A stretch of DNA of 64,000 nt from an uncultured delta proteobacterium (lineage in GTDB: Bacteria; Desulfobacterota; WTBG01; CAIYCZ01; CAIRTM01), in the NCBI GenBank assembly GCA_963804955.1, contig CAWDSQ010000013.1:1-64000 (forward strand), in the 5' to 3' direction. Position 1 is the stretch's first letter; each line of letters opens with the position of its first letter. Shown here one piece after another: positions 38,880 through 50,102 of the stretch. The translations under genes and the position numbers were made by a program. The notes under the pieces were generated by a model. The model worked only from the letters and a program-made list of their open reading frames with translations. It made no database searches and was not told the origin of the DNA.

Positions 38880-41507
38880 TTACTGACAGTACCCGGTACA
38901 GATCGGGCTATTGACAAAACCGCTGCCGCCGCCAAATGTGCAGCCGATAGACGGCATGCCGAAGGCATACCAGTTCTTGCCGCTTGACGAGAACGTGCAG
39001 CGGGTGGAACCGCTGATCATGGCGCGCTCAACCTGGCAGCTGTTGCCTCGGGTACACACGCAGTTGGCAGCACCATTGCCTGTTGCAAGGCAGGCGGCCT
39101 GAATGGCTGCCTGGTCATTGGGCCAGCCATTGCATTCCGGGAAGTCGGCGCAGGAGTCTGCGGCATAATCATTGCTAAAACGGCAGCCCCATACGGTGCT
39201 GTCATCGGGGATGGGCTGACCAGTGCCGCAGGTCGGACACTGGGCAGCAGTTGCCGCACAGGAGCCGTCGGCGCAGCGGGCAGGCGTATCAGCCTGGCAG
39301 CACTGGGTGGAGTTGGCAACACACTCTCCGTTGCTCGGGCACTCATAGGGAAATGCAGGATCAGGGCAGGCCTGAGGTGTGCATTCGCCGTTTTCGCACT
39401 TGTCGAGTGTTACATCCATGGTGATATTCTGCTGCGGTCCTCCGCCAAGAGTAACAGGCGGCGCCGTGGTTCCCCAGATATAGTCGCCATCCTGCGGCAG
39501 GGGCGGCCATGCTGTGGAGTAGTACAAGCCCACATACAGCTGGTAATCGCCGGCCAAGCAGCTTTCGCGATAGTAGGTACAGCCGGGCACGGCCATGGTG
39601 TAGGGCTGATCATCATTGATGGCAGGATTCTGCACAACATTATAATCAGTTCCTCCGTCGGGCGGGCCGGCCGGCATGCCTGTCCAGCCGTCAGCCGTGT
39701 ACCAGAATGCCATGAGCTGCGCCGGAGGCGTGGTGAGATGCTCGGGCACACGGATCGTGACTGTCAGCTGGTCGCACTGGTCGCACACATCCGTGGGCGG
39801 GGGAGACGCAGTGAACTGCGTGCTTTCGCACGGACCCCAGCAGGTGCCTTCAACATTACAAACCTGAGCGCCGGTCTTACCGTTTGATGCTGCGCACTGC
39901 CTGGTGGTGTTCGGCGTACAGGCTGCTGATTCTAAACAGGTTACCGGTGTCGTGGCGGTCTCGCGGATGCAGCGGACTTCTGCAAGACTGTTCAGATGGT
40001 TATAGGTAACGCCGCCGATGTCAAACAGAACGCTCGCGATCCAGTCTTGCCTGTCCGGGTTGGAGGCAGCGCCTTCAGCCCAGTACTCAAGAGCGTGAAT
40101 GCCCTGCGTGCCGGGATCGGGCCTGTGGCAGGAGCCGGTCAGCTCGGCGGGCCAGTAACAGCCCTCTACCCCGGGGCCGCCGGCATCAACGGAGCCGAGG
40201 CAGTCAGAATCCTGTCCGGCTTCAAAAGTACTGCCGTCAACCATGGGGCACTCGCCGCCGGTCATGGTGGCTGTATTTCCTCTGATCAGGCTTCTCAACT
40301 GGTCAATATTGGGCAGTTTCCAGTCATCATAGCCCATGGTGACCAGCTCCTCGCAATAACGAACGGCATCATAGGATACAATGCCGCCGTAATTCGAGGC
40401 GAGCGCGTCTTTCTGCGGATCCTGCCAGCAAATGCTGGTTGCGGGATCACACCATGGCTTATAGTAGGTGCATTGACAGGCATCCCAGCCGGAATTATCA
40501 GCTTTGCGGTACTGAACGCTGGTGCCGCCGTCGGGGCAGAAGCAGGCCTGGCTGCCCACATACTTGATGATGGCGCCGGCATTGCCGACTGCATAGATTT
40601 CATTGCCCGACACGCCCCAGATGCCGTTGAGCTGCTGGGTGGTGGGAACGGTTATTTTTGACCATGTGGAGCCGTCAAAGCGCATCACCGTGCCGCTTGC
40701 GCCGACCGCGTACACGTTGTTCATGGCCGTTCCCCACACAGCGCGCAGGTTTGCCGTGGTATTGCTGGTCATCTTTGCCCAGTTGCCGCCGTTTACGCGG
40801 CGCAGGATGGTGCCGCCGTCGCCAACAGCAAAAAGATTGTTATAGTCAAGGCCCCAAATGCCACGCAGATTGTTGGTAACAGGGGATGTCCACTTGTCAA
40901 GATTATTATGGCCCCAGAAATCATAGCCTTCATACCAGGCAAGAAACCCTTTATCGCCGACAACAACAACTTCGCCCGCAGGTGATGTCCAGGCGGCATT
41001 GAGATTATTGCTGTACTCATGCTGTTCCTGGGATCTGAAGCTGCTCTCGTTGCCGTCGAGTATATTGTAATACTGCGGAACAAACAGCACCCAGATAGTG
41101 TTGTTTTTACCGATGGCTATCATTTTGCCGTTATCCGAGTCAGGGCCACCGATGCCATATAGCGGATAATTGGTTGATTGGCTGTGAATTTTGCTCCAGG
41201 TGCTGCCGTCGCTTCTGAAGATGCCCCGGTAGTCGCCGACAGCATAAATATTGTTTGTGCGCACAGCCCAGACATTATTTAAATTCCAAGTAGTACCCGA
41301 TGCCTGAGCGCTCCAGGTAGTTCCGTTACACTTCAGGATCGTTCCCGAGGCTCCCACTGCATAGATGATCTCATCGGAAATTCCTGAAATGCTGTTCAGG
41401 TTGTTCGTTGTGCCCGAGGGCATAAACTCCCAGGCACCTTGGGCAAAAGCCGCACCTGTAAGCATAAAGCTGAAAATTAATGCAATAAAATATATTTTTT
41501 TACTCAT
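38880..41507 (-). CDS. Secreted mosaic protein: beta-propeller + DUF1566-like + Cys-rich modules
   Basis: LxxVWGxxxNNVYAVGxxGT blades; TSICWQ..YCEEL..GYDDWKLPNIDQLRSL..VRCIR; dense Cys C-terminus. Confidence 0.85.
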   Translation of the reverse strand: MSKKIYFIALIFSFMLTGAAFAQGAWEFMPSGTTNNLNSISGISDEIIYAVGASGTILKCNGTTWSAQASGTTWNLNNVWAVRTNNIYAVGDYRGIFRSDGSTWSKIHSQSTNYPLYGIGGPDSDNGKMIAIGKNNTIWVLFVPQYYNILDGNESSFRSQEQHEYSNNLNAAWTSPAGEVVVVGDKGFLAWYEGYDFWGHNNLDKWTSPVTNNLRGIWGLDYNNLFAVGDGGTILRRVNGGNWAKMTSNTTANLRAVWGTAMNNVYAVGASGTVMRFDGSTWSKITVPTTQQLNGIWGVSGNEIYAVGNAGAIIKYVGSQACFCPDGGTSVQYRKADNSGWDACQCTYYKPWCDPATSICWQDPQKDALASNYGGIVSYDAVRYCEELVTMGYDDWKLPNIDQLRSLIRGNTATMTGGECPMVDGSTFEAGQDSDCLGSVDAGGPGVEGCYWPAELTGSCHRPDPGTQGIHALEYWAEGAASNPDRQDWIASVLFDIGGVTYNHLNSLAEVRCIRETATTPVTCLESAACTPNTTRQCAASNGKTGAQVCNVEGTCWGPCESTQFTASPPPTDVCDQCDQLTVTIRVPEHLTTPPAQLMAFWYTADGWTGMPAGPPDGGTDYNVVQNPAINDDQPYTMAVPGCTYYRESCLAGDYQLYVGLYYSTAWPPLPQDGDYIWGTTAPPVTLGGGPQQNITMDVTLDKCENGECTPQACPDPAFPYECPSNGECVANSTQCCQADTPARCADGSCAATAAQCPTCGTGQPIPDDSTVWGCRFSNDYAADSCADFPECNGWPNDQAAIQAACLATGNGAANCVCTRGNSCQVERAMISGSTRCTFSSSGKNWYAFGMPSIGCTFGGGSGFVNSPICTGYCQ

Positions 41508-41716
41508 AATAACCCCGCCTTAAAATTTATTTTATAATAAATGGAACGCCTTTCGGGTTGCGGCTTTCACAATAATACCGCTGCAAATTAACACCTCCTT
41601 TCATGCCCAGGAATTGAAGAAAAAGTTGTTTTTGCAATTACCTTCAAGTATGGCAGAGGGATACTATGATTACAACACCCTTAAATTACGCAATTAATAC
41701 GTAATATAAATAGGTA

Positions 41717-42974
41717 TTAATCGAGGGAAAAAAGGTGGGATCTGAGATTTGCTTTATTTTTGTTGAGGCTGAGTTTTTTTCGTATACTGTCGCGGTGACC
41801 TTCTACAGTGCGCGTGGAAAGATTGAGCAACTCTGCAATTTCTTTTGTGTTTTTACCATGTTTGATAAAATTTGCCACCTTGATTTCCGTGGGGGTAAGA
41901 TTGAATAATTTAACCTTCTTAAGAAAAGGCGAGATAATGTCATTTACATTATCGGAAATGATTTCAAGATACATTTTCTGTGTATTATCAAGCCGCAGCT
42001 GCTGCATTTTCTCAATATAAGGCGATACCAGTTCCCTGACATTGCTGACCATTTTTTCTTCAAGGGCGAGGCGGTCCTCATCTCGTGCCTTTAATAAAAC
42101 GCGCAAAGCTGTATTGACCTCCTCAAGATTGCGGGTCCGTTCCTCAACCTTTTGCTCAAGATAATCATTAGCCGATTTTATGTCGCGCTCAAAACGCTTG
42201 CGCTCGGTGATGTCGCGCACCGATACGATAATGGACGTGTTTACCTGACTGCTATACTGAATATTGGTTACTTTAGCCTCAACAGGCAATATGGAGCCGT
42301 CCTTGCACTGGTAGAGACATTCAAAATAGTTAGAATAGTCCATGGCATACATTTCCTGAATCATACGCCCGTACTCATCGGAGCCTGATAAATCTGGCGT
42401 GATTTCAATGGCCGGCTTGCCTGTAAGCTCGCCGGCAGAATAGCCGAGCATGTTCAGCAGGGAACTGTTGGCAAATATGATATTGCCGATCTCATCTGTC
42501 ACGTAGATGCCGTCGCCTGCCATATTAAACACATTTTCAAAAAAATCGCGTGAACGCCGCAGCTCATCATGGGCCTTCCTGAGCTCATCATCAGCCTTTT
42601 TGCGCTCAGTGATGTCGCGCACCGACACAATAATGCCGGCCGCAAGTTCGGCCGTGCCGCACATGTTGGCTATTTTTAAATCCACAGGAAGCTGCGTGCC
42701 GTCTTTTTTAAAATATGATGCCTCAAACGTATTTTTTTCATCGTCAAAAGCATTTGTGAAAAAGGCCTCAAAAAGGGCAAAGGAATCCGGAGAGATAAGC
42801 TCGGCTCCGTATCTGCCAATGAGCTCGTCGGGGCTAAAGCCGGTCATGTCGCACATCGCCCTGTTGACCATCATGATGCAGCCCAGTTCGTCGGTGACGT
42901 AAATGCCGTCTGCGGTCATATTGACAATATTTTCGAGGAATTCTTTTGAAGAAGTTACTATCTTCAATTGCCAT
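41717..42974 (-). CDS. PAS-PAS-LuxR transcriptional regulator (true start probably ATG 42974, one indel; ORF track starts at TTG 42967)
   Basis: Two PAS/PAC units ending SVRDITERK; EEVNTALRVLL; LTPTEIKVANFIKHGKNTKEIA..TVEGHRDSIRKKL. Confidence 0.9.
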
Positions 42975-43330
42975 GCAGAGCTCCTTCAGCTCAGCCTTCA
43001 GGGCCGTAACGGTGAAATAAGGACATCAGGCACGGACGGAGGACTGAACATGAAAAAAAATTTAAACATTTATAAAATTGATGCGGTACGGCGTACACGC
43101 TGTCATACGCACTGGCTGCCGGCCGCAGCCGGCTTTATGTTGCAAACACTGCCAATTCCGTCGCCATCGGCAGTACGACGGTATCCGTATCAACCAGATC
43201 ACAGACCGGGGGCAGTTGCCGCCTGATTAACTCTATATCCGCTCGTGCCGGCTTCGGCCTTAGTTTTCCGGGTATGTTCAATCGAACCGTTGTACCGGCT
43301 TTTTAACCCCTTAGCTATGAGGTTCTCTGC

Positions 43331-45632
43331 TCACGGCGTGACGCTGACCGGCCCGTAAAATGCGTCTGCGCCGTCAAGCGACCGCTCCAGCCTGTAGTAC
43401 CAGGCAGTGCCCTTTTCAGGCTGACGATCCATATACCGGTACTCTGTGTATGATTCGCGCTTTTTACCTGTGACAATGCCAGAGCTGTCCAGCTTTTCAT
43501 ACGGCCCGGCTTCGGCGGAGGCGCGCTGCAGGGTAAAGTCAGCGGCCTGGCTCTCTCCGACAGCGAACCATACAAGGCGCACCGACCTGAAAAGCGGCCT
43601 GGCTGTAAAGCCGGTTACCATGCCCAGGGCCTGCATCTCGCAAATTTCGTCATGATAGCCGCCGACGCCAGGGTCAGCAATAGCCTCAAGAATGCTCGCA
43701 GCAGCGGCAGTAACAAAATTGCTGCGGATCGGGCCATTGCCCTGCGACAGCAGCGTGCCCGTCAGAATGACGGTTGTGGGCTTTTCAGCGCTGCCTTTTT
43801 TGACCGGTTTGGGCTTGCGCAGGCCGGTTCGTTTCGGGGTGCTTTCCCAGCCGCTGGCATCCATGACCTTCACGGTAAAAAATTCGCTGTCAAAATCTTC
43901 GGCTATGCGATAGGCGCTGCCGTCGCTATCATGCTCCTGGCGCAACCAGGCCTTCCCTCCCCCCGCGCTCTGGAGCTCATGGTTGCCGAGCGTCAGCTCG
44001 CGGAAGTCCGTTAATGTATCAACATTTTCCGCATCCCAGAGAATGGGGATGACAACCACATAATCAAAATTATTATTGCCGTTATCAACCGTCTGCCCCA
44101 GCCCGTTCACATAGCTGCCGTTGATAGCGATGTCTATGTGCTCGCCCGTGCCGGTAATTCCACCCCTGGGGTTGTGCCTGTCGGGAGGGTCTGCGGCGGT
44201 ATCCTCCATCGTCGGCTCGGCAAATTCATTTTCTCCGTGGGCAACTTCATGCCTGCCGGCCCAGTTTTGCACAAGCCAGCTTTCAACCGGTGGCATGACG
44301 CGCTGCGCAAATGCGGCGGAGCGGTTGAAATAGGAGTCGCACTCGGCGCCGTTCTTATAGCCTTTTCCGTAGCCATGGGTGGCAAGAATCACTTTCAGGG
44401 ATGAAGCCGGGCTGATGCTGTATTTTGCTACCGTATGTTTAAGCATGTCTACAACGGCCTGGCCAAAGGCCGGGTAGTCGCCAAAAGAGTTTGCAAACGT
44501 TACCTGTAGCTCAGGCTTCAGCGCTTTAGCCATGCCGTGAATGACCGGGTAGGTCGCTTCAAACTGGCGCCAGGGTTTCTTTGACAGCAGGTTCATGAGA
44601 TCCCTGGTCTTGTCCGGACCCCTGCCGTCGGCAAGGTCATTGATGCAGCCATAATACGTGGCGTTGTCAATGCTGCTTACGCCATGGCCCGCGCTGTCGC
44701 GCCAGCAGTAGCCCCAGTTGGTGACATTGGAATAGTGACCGCCCGTGCCCAGCACGATGATGCGGTCGACCTTTTCATCCTGGATAAGCTCCCGAAGCGC
44801 GGTTTCCGTGCTGTCGGCAATGGGGGCATCAGCGCCGTAGATATCGCGGTTACGCATATAGGCTTCCCATCCCATGCGGTACACGATGGAGGTATCATTG
44901 TCGATGACTTTCGCGACTTCGTCCTTGAGATTTACCAGTTCTTCGACATCGGGTGCGTACCCGTACATATCCGGAATTTCATTGCCGAGAACATACCGCA
45001 GGTACTGCCTGCGGTATGGGTCCCGGAAATCCTGCGCGCTGAACTCATAGTGGTAGGTCATGTAATAAAACGCGTACATTTCAATAAAGTCAGCGACTCC
45101 GATGCCGGGGCCGTCGGGGTCATTGACATGAGGACCGATGATCACCTGGCCGGTAGCCGGGTCAGTGGTGCTGTGGCCCGAGGCGATAAAATACGGGATG
45201 ATGCCCGGGTAGCAAGAGCTTAAATAGCCGCTTGCGCCAAGCAGGCGCTCATCCATGATGGAATGAACAGGGTACTGCTCCGTGTTTTTATACTCATTGC
45301 AGAAAATGTCAATCGGCGTTCCTTCCGAAACCATTTCACCGCGCACCTGGCTGCAGACGGCCGCCTCGACCTCGTTTGCGTAGTGGATCAGGCTGTAGCA
45401 GGTTTCGCCCTCAAAAGGGCCTCCTGTCAGCATGCCCAGGGGTAAAGGCAGGGTAGAAATGCCCGGTATACCCTGGGATCCAGTCGGGCTTGTAGGTTTC
45501 ATCCATGCCGGCGCCTAGCACCAGCACGCCGATTTTTTCACCCGCGGCGCAACAAGCGTCAGAAAAAAAACTTCCCCATAAGCCGGCAGCAATCAAAAGC
45601 AGCAGTGTATTTTTTATCGTATACATATACAC
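43331..45632 (-). CDS. Large secreted protein with ferrochelatase-like motifs and a C-terminal Ig/FN3-like domain; apparent indel at about 45437
   Basis: Signal peptide + KIGVLVLG in ORF 45411..45632 joins ORF 43331..45502; VDRIIVL..HYS, ILATHG, VVIPILWDAENVDTL. Confidence 0.65.
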
Positions 45633-45859
45633 AGTCCTCTCTTTGAATGTAAGTAATTATACCATATGCTGAATAGTTATTGCATAGAGGCAATTAAAAA
45701 TCTGCTCATTCGAGCTTCATTTAATATTTTCCACGCCCAGGAAAGGCAAGGTCATTGCCTTGCTGCGCAGCAAGATCAGCAATACGGAAAATAAAGGATG
45801 CTATAGCATGCGGGGAGGCTTGATGTACAAGGAATAAAAAAAGGGGGTTGCCGAACAGG

Positions 45860-47260
45860 TTAATAGTTGTAGTTCAACATGAAAAACACACGCTGGTCTG
45901 CCCTGCTGCCTGCGCGCAGGTCGGCTGCCATATCAGTGACCGAACTGCGGAGCCCCATAAGGGTAAGCTGCATACTGTCTGTCACGCGCTGTGAATAGGT
46001 AAGAGACATATCAAGCAGGCTGGGATCGCCGGAACGGGAGGCGGGCCCCAAAGCTGCACTGCTCAGTGAAGCGTATTTCAGCCCTGTCGAAAGCGACCAG
46101 CCGGCATCGGCAAGGGAGCCGAGGCTCACATCAACACCAAGGGAGCGGGTTGGCATTTCGAAAGCGTCCAGCTCAGGCCCATGATTGTAATACATGAATG
46201 ATGGCGTAATGCTCATCCATTGAAACGGTTTAATATCGCTGGCTATGCGAATTCCCTGGCTGTAGCTATAGGTTGAATACGCGCTAAACGGATCATACAC
46301 AGAAAGAGCCGCCTCTGAATCATCCCCATAAAGGTCAAATTCGTCTCGAAAGGTACCGATGTGAAGGTTGAAGGATTTTCCCAAAATCGGCCGCACATAA
46401 TCAACCTCGACGGACTGGGGCTTTTTCCCTGGGCTTTTTTTCACAGCACCGCGATCAGCGGCAAAGGGGCTCTTTTCTTTCGAGGAGTAGCGCACGTGCA
46501 TGCCGGCTTCGGGAGTATCTTCCTCATCCTGCTCATCCTGCTGATCCTCCCAATCCGAGAATTCATCAAAAGATCCGGGCCTCACCCCGGCCGTGTGTTC
46601 AAGCCGTTTTGCCGACACCAGACGTTTGCGCCAGTAATCGTCGTCCATGTTTGATATGACGACACCACGCTTTGACTGGGCATGGATGAATTGTCCGTCG
46701 TCAAGATAAATCCCCACATGATTGATTCTCTTCTTTTTTGCCGTGGAAGCAAAGAACACGAGGTCGCCGGTTTTAAGAGCTTTTTCATTGAGCTTTGCAA
46801 ACATGGGAAGCTGGAACTGAGACTGCGCATTATGCGGCAGATCAACCCCGAAATGTTTCCGATACATGCTGCGTGCAAACCCCGAACAGTCAAAGCCGTC
46901 GCCACCGGTACCGCCCCGTTTATAACGGGTGCCCAGATATCTCTCAAGCTCACCTTTAAGCTGATGATCAGCAGCAGGGTTGCTTACAGAAGCGCCTGAG
47001 GCTGGCTTTTTATTATGTAATGAGAAATGTTTGGGGGGTGGGGCGGGGAGTTCGAAATCCCCCAACCTGACGGATTTATTTGCTTTTGCTTTTACTTTTA
47101 ATTGTTTTTTTGCTTTTGATTGTGTTTTAGTTTTAGTGGTTACAGCAGGCTTTTTAACGGCAGATTGCTTCGGAACCGCGGTCTTTTGGCGAGCCTCTGC
47201 TCCTGTAGCCATAAAGGCAACACAAGCAAACAGGACCACTATTTGGATTGTCAGCCGCAT
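45860..47260 (-). CDS. NlpC/P60 (C40) peptidase with a C-terminal beta-strand-rich extension
   Basis: YLGTRYKRGG..GFDCSGF, GDLVFF, HVGIY..FIHA; signal peptide from ATG 47260. Confidence 0.88.
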   Translation of the reverse strand: MRLTIQIVVLFACVAFMATGAEARQKTAVPKQSAVKKPAVTTKTKTQSKAKKQLKVKAKANKSVRLGDFELPAPPPKHFSLHNKKPASGASVSNPAADHQLKGELERYLGTRYKRGGTGGDGFDCSGFARSMYRKHFGVDLPHNAQSQFQLPMFAKLNEKALKTGDLVFFASTAKKKRINHVGIYLDDGQFIHAQSKRGVVISNMDDDYWRKRLVSAKRLEHTAGVRPGSFDEFSDWEDQQDEQDEEDTPEAGMHVRYSSKEKSPFAADRGAVKKSPGKKPQSVEVDYVRPILGKSFNLHIGTFRDEFDLYGDDSEAALSVYDPFSAYSTYSYSQGIRIASDIKPFQWMSITPSFMYYNHGPELDAFEMPTRSLGVDVSLGSLADAGWSLSTGLKYASLSSAALGPASRSGDPSLLDMSLTYSQRVTDSMQLTLMGLRSSVTDMAADLRAGSRADQRVFFMLNYNY

Positions 47261-47450
47261 GCAACGTTTACTCTGCCATGCTGCAATCCTTAAGCACGTT
47301 CTTTCTACCTGCACCAATACTCCCGTTTCTCTTACATTAATCTTGCGAGAATACAGCACTAGAGTCAGTATCGCAATCAGTGGTGGATTGAGTCTTGCGC
47401 AAGCACAACAAGAATGCTTGTCCGTTTGGCCTGTTTTTTTACTAAGGGTA

Positions 47451-47480
47451 AATATAAGCCACCTTAGTAAGTCTTGTCAA
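47451..47480 (-). promoter_or_regulatory. Putative sigma70 promoter of the NlpC/P60 gene, overlapped by a TTACTAAGG..CCTTAGTAA inverted repeat
   Basis: Minus strand TTGACA-18 nt-TATATT. Confidence 0.45.
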
Positions 47481-47547
47481 CTTAAAATCTTTTAATAATG
47501 GCTGTCATAATATTATTATTTAATTTAAAAAATAAAAAAATAACTAA

Positions 47548-48903
47548 TTATCGACAAAATTTAAAACAGGTGAGGTCTGGAGAGACCTTCCGTCGCCGTG
47601 CCAGTTCATAATCATAAACTGTTCGTCCAAGCTCGGCAAGAAAAGGCATACCGACCGACTCATACTCATATCTGCCGTCCTTGAGAACCTTATCGCTATT
47701 CACATAGATAACAGCGCTGAGGAAAAACTCAATGCCACACTCAAAGTCAACGATATAGGCGCAGTCTGAAAGATACCCGTCAGATTTACCGACAATATTA
47801 AAAATTCGCACTGGTCCTGAGCGCATATCGATACGGGAGCCGTATGCATCGCCAAAAACAAAATACTTCTTGTAATTGTCGGGGTATTTCCCGCTTGAAG
47901 CATAGGACTGTATGTCGGACTCTCCGGGCAGCATGCACAAATAGCGGTAGATAAAACGATAATCATCGGTGGTCAGCCCGAAGCGTTGTTGAGAGGGAAA
48001 CATTTCGGGAAACATAACCGACATGAGCATGCTGTTCACGTCGGCAAGGCTCAGGTTGTTGGAATAGGTATAATCAAAAGGCTCGGCTACATATCTGCCC
48101 CTGCAGTCAAGATGGCCCCTGCCCCGTTTTAAATTCGGCAACGGATTGACAAAGGGCTTCAGATTGACCTGCTGGGGCTGGGAATAAACCAGCTGGTTGA
48201 GATCATTATAAAAGAAAAACGGATTGGTGAACCTGTTCTCATCATAGTCGCAGTTGCAGAAACGGCGGATGATGCGCGCATCCGGGTATCCCATGGCGCG
48301 AAGATTTTCCTGAATATATGCCTGACCGAGAAATTCATACAGACGATTATAGGCATCATTGTCGCTGACAAGCAGTACTTTTTTTATATAGTGAGCTATG
48401 CTTGCCCGGCCGCCGGGGGCGGTGGGGTCTTGTGCAACGGCAGTCTGGCAAGCCTGCTGTTTGCCGATGGTAAGGCGCGTACTCTTATCAAGGCCCTGTA
48501 TATTCAGCTGATTGAGTTTTTGCAGAGCCAGGCACAGGACGGGTAGTTTTACCATGCTCGCAGGATTGAAATATGCGCGGGGGTTCAGCCGATACGCATA
48601 CTGCTTGAAAGAGGGCCTGTTGTCCCGGTCGCGGTTGATCTGTGTATAGAGTATCTGAACCTCATAGATGCCGGCATTGTCGAGAATATTCTTGAATTTT
48701 CCGGGCCGCGAGGCAAGCAGTTCAGGCAGCAGGCCGGGCGTGTCATGCACAAGTGGCAATGCCGCTGAGCATCGGGCATTGGCAGGCACAGCTACGTCCG
48801 GCGAAGGCTTCTGCATATCGGAGGATCTGCAGGCACACAGTGCGATTGCCAAAAAACAACAAAGGACTATACCGGTAAACAATTTCTTTATGACCATATT
48901 CAC
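47548..48903 (-). CDS. Serine hydrolase lipoprotein, class A beta-lactamase-like fold
   Basis: Lipobox LCA-C; PASMVK (SxxK) and VSDNDAYN (SDN); the KTG position reads NIVG. Confidence 0.8.
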   Translation of the reverse strand: MNMVIKKLFTGIVLCCFLAIALCACRSSDMQKPSPDVAVPANARCSAALPLVHDTPGLLPELLASRPGKFKNILDNAGIYEVQILYTQINRDRDNRPSFKQYAYRLNPRAYFNPASMVKLPVLCLALQKLNQLNIQGLDKSTRLTIGKQQACQTAVAQDPTAPGGRASIAHYIKKVLLVSDNDAYNRLYEFLGQAYIQENLRAMGYPDARIIRRFCNCDYDENRFTNPFFFYNDLNQLVYSQPQQVNLKPFVNPLPNLKRGRGHLDCRGRYVAEPFDYTYSNNLSLADVNSMLMSVMFPEMFPSQQRFGLTTDDYRFIYRYLCMLPGESDIQSYASSGKYPDNYKKYFVFGDAYGSRIDMRSGPVRIFNIVGKSDGYLSDCAYIVDFECGIEFFLSAVIYVNSDKVLKDGRYEYESVGMPFLAELGRTVYDYELARRRKVSPDLTCFKFCR

Positions 48904-50102
48904 GGCTGCGGCTGTATTTTTTTTCTGGCAACCAGCACATTTGATTGGTTTGCATAGCCCAGACGGAAGCCGAGTTTTTTTGAATCCCGGGCATAGGCTT
49001 CCTTCAGATCGCCTTCAAGATGCACCTTAAAAAGCTCTATGGGCCCGGAATAGGCGCCATACAGCCGGATATCCCATGCACCTGCAGCAAAAAACCGGTA
49101 AGGTATGGCTGAATCATCCTGCACAACGGCTGCGCTTTTTTCCAGTATAAGGGAGCGTATTTTTGAAAAATAGTTCTTGTGCATCAGATAGGAGGCTGAT
49201 TTCACATAGGTAGTACAGCCCGGCTGAAGCTGCTCCAGAAAAGACTGCACATTCTTCCTGCGTGCAAGGCCCTTGTCGGAAATATCGGCGCTGATATATA
49301 TAAGACTGCGCAGATGCGTATCACCTTTGCCTTTAAACGTGAACGCAACTCCCCGGGCAGCGTTTTTATTTATGCCGGTATTCCCGGGTCCGGCATCACG
49401 ATACGCGATTGTTCCGTTATCACTCAGGTCAAAAAAACGCATATCCGCTACTTGATTGCCCGTGCGGGCAAGAAAAAGCATCAACACCGGCGCCGTCCCG
49501 GTGATAAGTTTGTGATTGATCTCTTCGGCCATATCGTTTGTCCGAAAAAAGCTGAGGGTGAGAGCATCTGATATGGAGAGATCAAGCATTTTAAAAAAAG
49601 CCCCGAGATTTGCTCCTTGCAGCTTTTCAGGATCCTGAACATACCCAACCGGCTCAAGCCCCACTAAAATATACGTGTCGGAATGAGGGAAAAATGAATG
49701 GGCGTACAGAAAATCCGGGCCGCTGAAGGGATAAAAAAGCGTGCGGCAGTTCCTGGTGATATCCGGTATTTCAGCCCGGGCCCAGTCTGTGATCTTTTTA
49801 ATTTTTGTAGCAGAGAAATGCTTCCATGTACCGCTGGTAACTGAGGCATAATTAATCCAAGTCGCGTTCTTAGTCAGGCTGTACAGCCCGCTTGTATCAG
49901 AAAGCTTCATGCCGGCTAAATATAGAGCAACGTCATTAAACCGGCCAATAGGCGGTTCTGGTGTTTTGACTTCAGCAGAGGCCTGTGGGGTTGAGCTATT
50001 GTCCGGAGCAACCGGCATGACCTGTTGCGCATCGCAGGGCACAGCAGACAGTGAGAGAAGCGCTATCAGCATCAGGCAAGAAAAAATTTTGTTTTTTTTC
50101 AT
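48900..50102 (-). CDS. Exported hypothetical protein (YPFSGPD motif)
   Basis: Signal peptide; LFYPFSGPDFL..YILVGLEPVG, KSASYLMH, VVQDDSAIP; overlaps both neighbours. Confidence 0.8.
   Translation of the reverse strand: MKKNKIFSCLMLIALLSLSAVPCDAQQVMPVAPDNSSTPQASAEVKTPEPPIGRFNDVALYLAGMKLSDTSGLYSLTKNATWINYASVTSGTWKHFSATKIKKITDWARAEIPDITRNCRTLFYPFSGPDFLYAHSFFPHSDTYILVGLEPVGYVQDPEKLQGANLGAFFKMLDLSISDALTLSFFRTNDMAEEINHKLITGTAPVLMLFLARTGNQVADMRFFDLSDNGTIAYRDAGPGNTGINKNAARGVAFTFKGKGDTHLRSLIYISADISDKGLARRKNVQSFLEQLQPGCTTYVKSASYLMHKNYFSKIRSLILEKSAAVVQDDSAIPYRFFAAGAWDIRLYGAYSGPIELFKVHLEGDLKEAYARDSKKLGFRLGYANQSNVLVARKKIQPQP

Noticed and set aside
47548..48903. Functional antibiotic-resistance beta-lactamase
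   Set aside because: Too long, lipidated, and lacking a recognisable KTG motif; only the fold is supported
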